Positions 46,891 through 58,239 of a stretch of 64,000 bases of DNA are shown here, piece by piece. Positions within the stretch are counted from its first letter, which is position 1. Every line of letters begins with the position of its first letter. The notes under the pieces were generated by a model. The model searched no databases. It saw only the letters and a list, made by a program, of their open reading frames with translations, and was not told the origin of the DNA. The position numbers were made by a program, and so were the translations under genes. Source of the stretch: Squalus acanthias (Eukaryota); assembly GCA_030390025.1 (NCBI GenBank), contig CM059430.1, positions 62,000,001 through 62,064,000 of the forward strand. The letters are read 5' to 3'.

Positions 46891-47634
46891 GCAGCGTAAT
46901 GGCCCATGGATCCCAGAGATGCTGCCTGTGCGGAAGCGCACCTGGGATCACGTGGACCTGGTCCTCCAATAAGAAAACAGAATTAGATTCAACATCATTT
47001 CAGAAGGAAATCCTGTAATCAAATTTAATGGTTTCCCATAATCAGATTTCGTTATAATTTACAGGATTGGAATTTAATTCCTAACGTGCTTCGTTCCACC
47101 AACTTCACTAAAAATGTAGTTTTGTTAATAATAATTATGGACATGATTAAGACTCTAATATTTGCAGAAACAAGCAAAACTCATTTAATATGGTTAAACT
47201 ATATGAGTTCCGAGATGAAAATAATTAAAACATGTCTGTGGTATCCCCTTACGCTGATACAAGTCCTGGACCTATTGCATCAACCGTCACATTTCCGTAT
47301 GCAAATGCATGGCATTTGTTGGGAAAATAGTCCAACTCTGCGCCAGCAATTTGTTTTCCTTGGGACGTGTGGATAGTCTGTCAACGCGCGATGGATTTCA
47401 TAGAGGTAGAATGGCAACTCTGAGAGTACGCAGCCATACCCAACGAAAATTCCGGGCATGCTTAATCATACCACCATCCAACGCTTCTCCTCTGTATCCA
47501 ACCTGGTTAGACAGCCGTTACTTATCAGGAAACATTCCGCGAGTGTTAACAAATACTACACATGAAAATCAAATATTTTCCCTTCCTCTTTTCTGTCCGT
47601 CACACATTTCGCCTATTGAATAAGCGCAGAATTT

Positions 47635-47809
47635 AGAAAATTCAACTTCACAAATGAAGTTGAATTTCTGAACCCGCAGTTACATGATGTCAAACGTCAT
47701 TGCGACGTAACTCATAGAAAAGTAACCGCAAACCATTCTTAACAGTTGCAAACTCGCAGTTACTGCAAAGAGTCATCAGTTGAATCTATTGCTCAGAATA
47801 TCGGCGAGT
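47635..47809 (+). promoter_or_regulatory. Putative proximal promoter of the Ig-superfamily receptor
   Basis: CRE-like TGATGTCA (47685-47692), ACGTCA and GACGTAA; RUNX-type AACCGCA (47724-47730); 13-bp inverted repeat 47638-47667; no clear TATA box. Confidence 0.4.
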
Positions 47810-47852
47810 ATGCTTTTCCTGTGCCTGACTCTCCGGGGGATTATTTACACAG
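47810..47852 (+). CDS. Exon 1: signal peptide (MLFLCLTLRGIIYT)
   Basis: ATG with purine at -3, hydrophobic stretch, phase-1 donor ag|gtacc. Confidence 0.7.
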
Positions 47853-50800
47853 GTACCTCTTTATTCATTGTCCGAGGTAGTTTTCACATTAATTTAGTGA
47901 ACTGTAATTCCTCTATCTAGATTATTTCTCTTTTGCATCGCCATGACGTGTTTAATACAATTAACCTGTACTTGACTATATTTTCTGACAGCAGCGGACC
48001 AGATTTCGTTCAGTGTAACTCAAGCGCCCAAACAAGCGATTGTATCCAGAGGAGGGAACATCACCTTCTACTGCATATTCCCAATCTCGCAGGACCATTC
48101 CTGGGTAAGAGTCTATTGGTGGAAACAGGGTGAGAATGAATACCTGCGCACAAGCGCCGACAACAGAAAACGGTTTGGCCTGACAAAAGCGAGCGGATTC
48201 TTTCAGTTGCTGAGCGCGACTTTCGAAGACTCTGGAGTCTATCAGTGTGCCGTGCTCCGTCAAGGAATAATTCGAGGAAATGGAAGCGGATCACATCTAA
48301 TTGTGCATGGTAAGTGTGAAACACAGGAGAGCGGGACAGTCGAAAATCTATCGAGCATATAAAACGGGGATGTTTTGTGATTGTTTTATTGCACCGTTTT
48401 GGGCATTATAAACATGTCTATTAATAAATCTCGCACTAAGTTAAGTTGTATGTACGGGTGCTCTGTTTAGAACTGCTAATTAGATATTCAATGTCACAAA
48501 CAGAGTATTGCAAAATGTATCAATATTAACCAATTGGACTATAACTCCACAATTTACACACCTGCAGTCTGATAGCGGAAGTTCGGAACAAATTCCGTGC
48601 ATATAACTGACTGAAAATCGTTTATATTCATGCGTCTCTCCCAACATATACACGGCTCTTAGCCCATTACTGATGCTCTGTCTTCCCCCATCGCTGTCTT
48701 TGCGGTTTAAAATTCCTGAAATTAATTCTCATATCATGTTAGCGTCAGGGATTCTAAAGCCAGGGTGAAACTAACTGTTGATCAACGGCTTCACTCAACA
48801 AACTGGAGCTTGGAACACACAACGTTGCCACCTGACTAACCTCCAATAAATAAAACAATACCGAGGAACTTGTTACTAAAACCTCCTGAGGTTCAAACAA
48901 CATACTTTCTGTCACCAATTGTTATGCTTCGGCTGTGAAATTTGTGCGATACTGACTTAGCACCCGTTTAATCATCAACAATGTGCAGATTACTCGTCAC
49001 TGTCTATCTGTTCCTAACACGGAGGGACTCAGCGTGCCAACTTCACCCGAGAATTACTTACTTAATTATTTGGACTACGAAAAGCAAACATTGATTCGCA
49101 AATCGTTGCGACTTGTCTGCTGAGTAACTCTAAGTCTTGGACTTGATAGCGCGGGTAAAATTGAACAGATGCGGGTGTCTATGAGAGATACGGATCAGGT
49201 GTTTGCAGATGATGTGCGTAACATTAAAAGGACTGGAGGCCGCGCTTTCTAATGGTGCTATTATATTAAAATGAACGGAAGGTAAATCAGAATCATATTT
49301 AATCTCCCAATGATGCCCAGTAAAGCGATTGTGTTCATTCTCTGTTCCACAGCGGCCCCAACCCCACTGAAGATTGTCTCCACTGAAGGGAATTCATCTG
49401 CTTCGCTGACTCTTCTGTGTAAAACCGCTGCGTTTTTTCCTGAGAATTTCACCCTCATTTGGTATAAAAATGGCGTCGAAACTGCATTAGGAATCCATAC
49501 CAGGAAAAAGCAGAACACGGAGGGACTGTATGAAGTTTCCAGCTCTTTGGTTGAGACAAAGCCTGTCCCGAGCGACGCCAATTATACCTGTTTGGTATCT
49601 CATATCTCCCTTCAGACTCCAGCTGTTGTCAGCCATGTTGTTTCTAAATACAACCAAGGTACGATGCTAAGAGTCCAAAAAGGAGAGATAGCTGCATTCA
49701 TTTTTAAAAGAGATATATCGGACATTTTATACATATTAATAATCATGAATAAAGTCCACAGAAATCTCATGGGAAATATCAACGAAAGCATTAAGTTCAT
49801 GTTGTAATGTACAGTAGAATTGAACCCGATGTGTTGTAAAACCAGTTTCTCTCGCCCGCCACACACATATTCTCAGACAAACCTCATTTGCTTTCAAATT
49901 CCTTTATTTGATATGTACAACTATAAACAGAAGTTTCTCATTTCCATCCGATTATATTTCCTGCTTATAATGAATAATGTTTCAGTTTCTTTTGTTTCAA
50001 TTTTAAGATTGTTTTATTCTTTATCATTGCTTGCTCTTCTTGCACCAAGACTGTTACCAAGAGCTGCAGTCATGTTGTTTGTAATCGGCCGGCTCCCAAT
50101 GCAGTTCCCTGTCCTGACACGCATTTCGGCTACTTCTAGCGCAGTGGTCTGAAATTGACCCCCTGACCAAGTTTTGCCGCTCTGCTGTCCATATGAGAGC
50201 GGGTTTAATTGGAATCTGCCTCATAAACCTCTAAAACTGTGCCCGCAACCTGGCAAAAGTACAACCGGTTCGATGCGTCATATTGTGAAAAACTCTTTGC
50301 CCCGTAAGACAATAATCAATGAACCATCTCCCGTTGATATCCTTTACTATTCAGTGACATTCTTACTTTAATAAACACAGTTGAGATAATTGAAAGAGGA
50401 TTTTTAACCGATTGCTGCATTCCAGAATTTTGAGCGGGCAACGAAAAAACGCTTGTGACAAAATTACCTCCAATTTCCTCAAACTATATGTTAATAATTA
50501 AGAAAGGTCAAGAACAAGAACACGTCTTTTGGTCATGGGAAATTGATTCCTCTCATTATCTAACTCTCCTAAAACTTTGCTGTGAGATCCCTAAACCGGT
50601 AGTGCGAGGCGCAGATTAAACCAGAATGTCTCATCCATCCGATGAATAAGTTACTTCAAATATTTTACCGCGGGGTTACTGAAAACATTGCCATAGTCAA
50701 CCAATAAACTATCTTGAGGCCTATTTTTAGCCAACGCCCGTCATAACTTAATGTTCCTATTAATCTTGCAGGTAGTGGCGACAATTCACTTTACTTCTGG

Positions 50801-52651
50801 GCTCCTGGATGTGCGGTGGGTGCATTGGCGTTTCTAGTGCTAATGATCTTAATTGGGAGGCGGTGCCGACTGCAGAATAATGAAAGTAAGTTCTAATGTA
50901 AGCTCTTGAATTTAGTTCAAAAGCCCACGGTTAGTGGCAGTCTCCGGGTAACACGGGGGAAGGAGAACTTGATTAGGAATTAAAGTTGAAAACCCTGTTA
51001 TCTGTTTTCAGGGAGCGCCGAATGTTCCAAATGTATTTGAAAACGCAGGAATGCTCACAGAATCGTAATAAAATTGAGATAATTATCTGGATATATGCAA
51101 TAAAAATGCCCCCTTTGCGGCACGATAAATGACACGTACCCTGACACACAATCACATTCCAACCCATTCTGTTGTGGATGCGCAGCGAGTTTGAGTGAAA
51201 GAGTGTGAGGCTCCGGCAGTGCAATGGTTGCACACATAAGAACATAAGAAACAACAGCAGGAGTAGGCCATACAGCGCTCGAGCCTGCTCCGCCTTGCAA
51301 TATGATCATGTCTGATCTTCAACCTGATCACCACGTTCCCACCCTATCCCCATATCCCTTGATTCACTTAGTGTCCGAAAAGATTCCGTTAGTTTCCGAA
51401 AACTATCGATACAATGCACCATTGCTGATCACTACAAGGGCTATGATTTCAAACACTCGGCATAATCCGGAATTAGAAATCATGTTCTGCTTTGTTCTGA
51501 CTCTGGAAATGTCTTTGCAATCTCTGACATGGAAACTGAGTAAATATTTCAATCTTTCAATATCATTAAATTTCATTCATTTCCAGGTAAAGAAGAATGT
51601 GTAACGGGACCGAACCGCGGTGAAGAGCAGGTAGGTTGATTCATTCATCCCGGCAGACGGTTAAAATGGCAAGAAAGATTGCTATAATGGAAAGATTATA
51701 TCATAGTCACGACAGAACAGTTTACCTCTATTTACTGAAAGTATTTAACCGGTCTTAGTGAGTGATTCAAATCGTGGTTAGAAATATACTTGGCACCCGG
51801 TGCGTTGCTGGTAAAAATTGCTAAATGGCAGAGAAGAAAACTGCTTGTTTCCGTTGAAAATGCACCTAGGTAATAAATGTTTATACAATTATCTAATCTT
51901 TGGATTTGAAAAAAAAATTACGTTCTAAAGCTGCCGCTCATTTAAACATTTCTGTAACACTGTGCTGTAGTGTGAACATTGACATGTTTAAATATTATTT
52001 ATAGTGATCACAGTTCCTTAATATTCGTACCTATGTAAATAAATCTTAATTAGGGTTTGTGCACTTGATCTCTAGCCCAGTTCTATCTGGTCAATGTTTG
52101 ATAAGCGACACGTAAACTGTTGAAGACAATGAATTAGCCACAAAACCAATTTTCTTTCTGACCCATGCAGGGAGCAGCGGCTGACTTCATGCATTATGCT
52201 GCATTAGATTTGAGCAGAGCCAGGAAAACTCCAAGAGGTAAACGTGAAGAGGAGAAAACCGTGTACGCTCAGGTAGGACTGAGTAACAGATCAAAGAAAC
52301 ATAGATCACCGGTGTTACATCAACATTCATGCGATAGCGGAGGGCTAATGTTTGTGTTGAATTTGACCGTGTGTTGTATCTAAGGCTATCTGCGTGACCT
52401 TCTGATGACTTCTTTGAGCCGCAGTCCACAAAATTTAGAAAACGACCAATTAACAATATTTCCAAACATTGGCTTCACAGACCGGAAAATGGACAGGCCG
52501 TGACAAGCTGACATACGCGACTATAGCATTGACTGGCTCAGGGAAAACGGGGAAATGCAAAAATAATGAAAGGACAGAGTATGCCCAGCTGCGGTCAAAA
52601 AAACAAAAAGGAGTAACAGAGGCTGTCTACACAGAAGTAAGAATCAATTAG
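47810..52651 (+). CDS. Inhibitory Ig-superfamily receptor, V(J)-C1-TM-ITIM/ITSM (SIRP/NKp30-like), 7 exons, 365 aa
   Basis: Exons 47810-47852, 47992-48309, 49353-49658, 50772-50885, 51587-51630, 52171-52272, 52481-52651; all GT-AG introns, phases 1,1,1,1,0,0; 1098 nt open to TAG; AATAAA at 52946-52951. Confidence 0.9.
47992..48309 (+). CDS. Exon 2: V-set Ig domain with germline J-like G strand
   Basis: SVTQAP..GGNITFYC..VYWWK..EDSGVYQCAV..GNGSGSHLIVH; NAGNAG acceptor; donor g|gtaagt; absent from the ORF track. Confidence 0.93.
49353..49658 (+). CDS. Exon 3: C1-set Ig domain
   Basis: LTLLCKTAAFFPENFTLIWYKNG..GLYEVSSSL..YTCLVSHISL within ORF 49310-49807; phase 1-1. Confidence 0.93.
50772..50885 (+). 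CDS. Exon 4: transmembrane segment
   Basis: LYFWAPGCAVGALAFLVLMILIG followed by RRCR stop-transfer; cag| acceptor and |gtaagt donor. Confidence 0.88.
51236..51380 (-). mobile_element. CR1-type 3' tail fragment in intron 4
   Basis: ataagaacataagaa..gcaggagtaggcc..tcgagcctgctccgcc is the reverse complement of the CR1 3' ends at ~7140-7220 and ~34030-34125. Confidence 0.75.
51587..51630 (+). CDS. Exon 5: short cytoplasmic exon (KEECVTGPNRGEEQ)
   Basis: Polypyrimidine tract + ccag|, cag|gtagg donor; converts phase 1 to phase 0 as the next exon requires. Confidence 0.78.
52171..52272 (+). CDS. Exon 6: cytoplasmic, MHYAAL and TVYAQ
   Basis: Within ORF 52165-52383; gcag| acceptor and cag|gtagg donor. 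Confidence 0.82.
52481..52651 (+). CDS. Exon 7: terminal cytoplasmic exon, LTYATI, TEYAQL, AVYTEV
   Basis: Within ORF 52469-52651; acag| acceptor, phase 0; TAG stop. Confidence 0.85.
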   Translation, partial: TGKWTGRDKLTYATIALTGSGKTGKCKNNERTEYAQLRSKKQKGVTEAVYTEVRIN

Positions 52652-52945
52652 CAATAGAATTTTAGATGAGGAATTCAACTTTTTTGGTGTGTACTAATCA
52701 CATTTCGCTGCTAAATCACGCGTATGTATACCGTGCGATATCATCTCTCCGAGAGGTAACGCATTCCATTGATATATCAGAGAATACAGTCTATAGTTAT
52801 TACTTACTGTTTTCTTAAAAGTAACTTTCCTGACATACTTTGATGTTAAATCGGTGTTAGTTAACTGATGACAAATCTGTGCTCATTCGATTAGAATGAT
52901 ACGCTAATATCCTTGCTGTACCTAATTATCATCATACATTAATTC

Positions 52946-52951
52946 AATAAA
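52946..52951 (+). terminator. Putative polyadenylation signal of the receptor gene
   Basis: AATAAA ~295 nt after the stop, with T/GT-rich sequence downstream. Confidence 0.6.
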
Positions 52952-55900
52952 AATGGATTATATACGATCCAACGATTGGTGCTCATTTTTTGCGCGTAAA
53001 ACTGCAAAACCTGTGTGTTAGTTTATGTGTGGCGTCAATGCACTCTGACTTCCACACCATTTGACGTTCCTGATGTGAAACGGGTGAAGCTCCAGTCTAT
53101 GGATACGTCCATCAAGGTACGGAAAGTAGCTACCAGTTGTTTTATATCCGCCAAACATCTGTCTACCCATGTGGCCAAGTAGAAGCACAGATGGAGACCA
53201 TGCGGCCCATTGTGTCCGTGTTGGCACTTTAAAAGATCTCACCAATTAGTCCCACTCTCGCGCTCTTTCCCTAAAGCCCTGCAGTTTTCTTCTTTTCACG
53301 TTTATATCTACTTCCCTTTTGAAATTTCCCATGTATTCTGTTTCCAAGACTCATTATCTTCTGGTGTCAATTTGTCATTTAAAATAAATCCATGCAATCG
53401 ACATGTGCTGCATTCCCTTTATCTATTCTCGCTGCTGTTTCTTCAAAGAATTCTAGAAGGTGATTCAAGCACGATTTGCCTTTTCGAAATCCGTGCTGAT
53501 TTGCCTTAATTAGCTCAGGTTTCTACAAGAACGTCGCATTTTTATCCCGAATGACAGGGGCCGAAAAATGGAAGTAAATGTGCAACTGTTTACCTGTTAT
53601 TGTTACAGTTTATTTCAAATTCGATTTTCTCATCTAATTACAATCCATCTTCAAATGGAGACAAAGTGGTGTAGATTATTTTGATAATTTATTAACCGGA
53701 ACAGTGGCCCATCTATGTACAGAAATTAAAAGGTCAATGTGTGGGCGATCTCTCAGTTCTGATAAACTATAAGCGATTGGCTGATGTGTTTGCCTTCTGT
53801 TTTTCGCTACCCTGATGTGGTGCTAAATATTTACAAGGACGAATCGCTTATGCGAGCTAAGTAAAGGAAGCGGTTAAGTGGCTCAACTCGAAGCACCAAC
53901 ACGCCTTGTTCTCAATTTAACTCTGTTAATTGCAACATTCTGAAAACGTATCTAGTGCTGAACAGCAGCAGTTATTTCACATCGCATGTCTCAGTGTAAT
54001 TATAACAACACTTAATGGTCACATTCAATGTAGATTTTACTTCACATTTGTCATTATAACTATCCTAATCTCACTATCGCTACCGTTGGGAATGTGTAAA
54101 CGCTTCGCCTTCAGGCGTTTGTCCCTCTTTTATTCATTCCATTTTCATATATTAATCTAAGCGTATTTCTAAGTGAATTTTATGCCTTTTTGTTTTATAT
54201 ATCCATACACAAATTTCAGTACAGTTAAATTGGTTAAATCTCTGAAACACACTGCAATGTCTTCATGTCCTACAATATTGTAACATTGATCACATGGGCT
54301 CACAAATTGTAGGTTCTGCATATTATCCAAATGTTAAGAGAGTTCGGCCAATGAAGCACCTTTTATTCAATTTCTCCTTCATTGCAACCATTTTGTGAAG
54401 AATGTTGCTCATTCAAGTTGTTCCTATCACACTGTTTAACATCATAGAACTGGAGTTTGGAGGTGATGAAGGAGCAGATTTGTAAAGAATTTCTAAGGTG
54501 TCGTCTATCCGATCCGTTCCAATCATATCGGGACATTGAGCAGAGGCAATAAATCCCCATTCGTGATGTCACAAGAGAGGCACTTCCATACGGAATTCCT
54601 GCTCACAGAGAGCATGCAACCGGCAGATTAGTATCATAATAAAGGTGACTGGAAGACAGTAATGAGTGGAGAGATATTTTCCGTTACAACATTGAAGGAA
54701 TATCAGGCAGTTCTGAAGCGTCGAGATGTTTGTATTCCCCTTAAATAATACACTATCTATGATTATGCACACAGGATGCTTGAAAAGACAATGCGCAGAA
54801 GCAAATATACCGACAAATATGCACGGCAAATGTATCGTAGCTTTTGATCCTTATTGACAAATTATCTAACTTCGAATGCCAATGGGAGCACATCTTGACT
54901 CTCTCCGTCCAGGTAGATTTGCTGAAAAGCATTTTTCTGGTAGCGTAATGTAATCCTTGCTGCAAGTAAATAGTTTCGGTTTATATTACAATTAATAAAT
55001 AATCAAAATAAAGATATGAATAGGAATGGATAATCAACTTAACGGACTCAAACACGATGATTTTTTTCCTTATTTGCCTGAACTCTATGTTATCCAGTAA
55101 ACCCGTTTTACTTTGTCACCACCTCTCCCCCAATCAAAAAGCAGTTTAATTCGCCGATTCTCTATCAATGAATTGCCGCACATTATCGTTAGAGGTCTGA
55201 GTCAGAAAAATTGGGATTTCAGTTATATTCAGAACATAGATTCTACATCTTAGAATCGCGACCTCTGATTCCACACAAGCAACCGGCTTTCCCAATGTGA
55301 TTGATTTGCCACATTAATCAGTCGACGTGAAAAAGTGGTTGCAGCTAACTCTATGGGATGAATCGTTTTATATTGACAACACTCGATATAAGCACTGTTC
55401 ACATTAAAACCACTATCAATAAGACTCTCTGCTGCCTTACATGATGAAGACTGTATTTGCAGTCGTGGAACATTTGTTTTCACTGCGAAATACAAGTGCT
55501 GATGTAATTCAGTACAAAATGAGGAAATAAAAAAACACCGCAATGGATTCCCTGGGAACTTTTTTTTTCACGTAATTTCCCATTCCACTTTACACTCAGA
55601 GCGATATCGAACTCATCCCTGTCAGACCTACTCAACCTGGTCAGGCCGTGACTTGGATTCATGCTGCAAGTTTAGCATGGCTGGCAAACGGAAACCACTT
55701 CACCTGGAGCGACATTTGGCGACAATGAAATCTGACCTATGATCATTACCTATGTTGCGATCATGTTGCGTTTGAAAGACCGTGGAAAACTGATAATTTT
55801 CAAAGATTCAACGATTCCCGCCGAACGCCACGTTTTTATGGCAAAAGGTACCGATGGCTTTTAGAAAAACTGTTAAGCAAAGAAATGGTTCATTATTGAA

Positions 55901-55999
55901 AGAGCTCTTTTTATAAATTAAAAACAACATATTTGCCCAAATGCTTCGCCTTGGTTGTACAGCTATCCTGTCGGTTACTCTCTCCATGCCCTAAAGAGA

Positions 56000-57745
56000 A
56001 TATACAGCACAGAAACAGGCCATTTAGCCCAACTAGTCTGTGCTGGTGTTTATACTCCACACGAGTCTCGTCCCATTCCAGCGAACTCATCTCCCCCTTT
56101 CAGCATATCTTTCTATTCTCATTGCCCTCAAGGACCTGTCACGTTTCCTTCTGAAAGCCTCTAAGCTATTTGTGTCAGCCGTTTCCTGTGGTAGCGAGTT
56201 CCACATTCTAACCATTCTCTGATTAAATAAATGTCTCCTTATTTCTCTATTGTATTTATTAGTAGCTATCTTGTATTTATGGGCCCTAGATTTGTATTCC
56301 TCCAAAAGCGGCAACATTCTTTCCACATATACCCTGTCCAACCCATTCATAATTTAAAAATCCTCTGTCAGATCACCTCTAAATGTACTTTCCGACGAAA
56401 AAGCCCTAACCTCCGACAACCACAACTATCTTCCTTTGTATGAATCGAGACAGTGAAGTGTTTTCCCCCGATCCCCATTGACTTCATTTTTACTAGGGCT
56501 CCTTGGTGCCACACTCTGTCAAATGCAGCCTTGATGTCAAGGACGGGCACTCTCACCTCACCTCTGGAATTCAGCTCTTTTGTCCATGTTTGGACAAAGG
56601 CTTTTTTGAGGTCTGGAGCTAAGTGGTCCTGGCAGAACCCAAACTGAGCATCGGTGAGTCGGTTATTTGTGAGTAAGTGCTACTTGACAGCACTGCCGAC
56701 GATACCTTACATCACTATTCTGATGATTGAGAGTAGGCTGATGAGGCAGTAACTGGGCGATTGAATCTGTCCAGCTTTTTGTGGACAGGACACACTTGGG
56801 CAATTTTCCACATTATTGGGTAGATGCCAGTATGTAGCTGTACCGGAGCAGCTTGGCCAGGGGCACATCAGATTCTGGAGCACCAGTCTTCAGCACTACA
56901 GCCGGGATGTTGCAGGGACCCAAAGACATTGCTGCATCCACTGCACTCAGCCATTTCTTGATATCACGTAGTGTGAATCGAATTGGCTGACGATTGACAC
57001 CTGTGATGGCGGGAGCCTCAGGAGGAGGCAGAGATGGATCATCAACTGGTAACTTCTGGTTGAAATTGGTTGCCAATGCTTCAGCCTTGTCTCCTGCACT
57101 CACGTGCTGGGCTCCGCCGTCGTTGAGGCTGACGATATTCATGGAGGCATCTCCTCCCCTTAGTTGTTTCATTGTCCACCACCTTTCACGACTGGGTGTG
57201 GCAGGACCTCAGAGATTTGATCTGATCTGGTGGTAAGCTCTGTCTATCGCATGCTGCTTCTGCTGTTTAGAATGCTGTAGCTTCCCCAGATTTGCACCTC
57301 ATGTTTAGGTATGCCTGGTGCTGCTCCTGACAGGCCTACAATACTCCTTGAACCAGAGGTGGTGGCCTGGCTTGATGGTAATATTAGAGTGCGGGATATG
57401 CTGCAGCATAAGGTTACAGATTGTGGTGGAATACTATTCTGGTGCTGCTTATGGATGCTATTTTTGAACTGCTAGATCTGTTCTGATATGATTATGCACA
57501 ACACATGTCCTCAGTGTGAAGACGGGATTTTGTTGGTCACTCCTACAAATGTCATGCTGATTTTTTTCAAGTTTTAATTGATCAAGTAGGATTTTCCGTC
57601 GTGTTTGTTCTCTCACCAGCTGCCACAATCCCAGTCAGCCAGCTCGGGCAGTAGTCGTTCTAGCGAGCCACCCTTGGTGATTGAAGTCCCATAGCAGTAC
57701 ATTCTGTGCCCTCAGTGATTCTTCCAAGTGGTGTTCAACATTCTA
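56000..57745 (-). mobile_element. CR1 3' fragment (~56000-56410) abutting a degenerate copy of the APE-RT LINE family (~56410-57745)
   Basis: ORFs 56087-56350 (RMVRMWNSLP), 56368-56556 (LDIKAAFDRVWH) and 56813-57172; boundaries approximate. Confidence 0.8.
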
Positions 57746-57814
57746 TATTATTTATTTATATATTCGTTGATAATTTGATTTCGCAGTTCCTCTTTGTTTT
57801 CCGAGTGTTTGTTT

Positions 57815-58216
57815 TAAATTCATTAAAGCAAATGAGGCTGAGGGATGATTTGATTGAGGTGTACAAGATTATCATGGGTTTGGGTAGTCTAGACGGCGAA
57901 AGGCTGTTCACACTAGTTGATGGTACAAGGACTAGGGACACAGATTTAAGGTTTTGGGCAAGAGATACAGGTGGGATATGAGGGAAAGCTTTTTTATGCA
58001 GCGAGTGGTGATGACTTGGAATTCGCTGGCGACGGAAGTGTGGAAGCGGAGACACTCAATGTTTTCAAAGGGAGACTGGATAGGCACTTGAGGGAAAAAT
58101 ACTTGCAGGGCTACGGGGATAGAGCGGGGGAATGGGACTGACTGGATTGCTCTAAGATAGCTGGCACGGACTCGCTGGGCTGAATTGGCTCTTTCTGTGC
58201 CGTTATGACTCTATGA
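57815..58216 (+). mobile_element. CR1 3' fragment
   Basis: LRDDLIEVYKI..TR motifs, ctatga tail; same subfamily as ~62700-63123. Confidence 0.8.
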
Positions 58217-58239
58217 AATCTACGCTCCAAAATTCTGCA

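Noticed and set aside
48240-48360. Rearranging TCR/Ig V segment with a recombination signal sequence
   Set aside because: The J-like strand is already in the V exon and is followed directly by a splice donor; no CACAGTG heptamer with a correctly spaced nonamer was seen (cacagga at ~48323 is a poor match); an ITIM tail is not a TCR/Ig feature.
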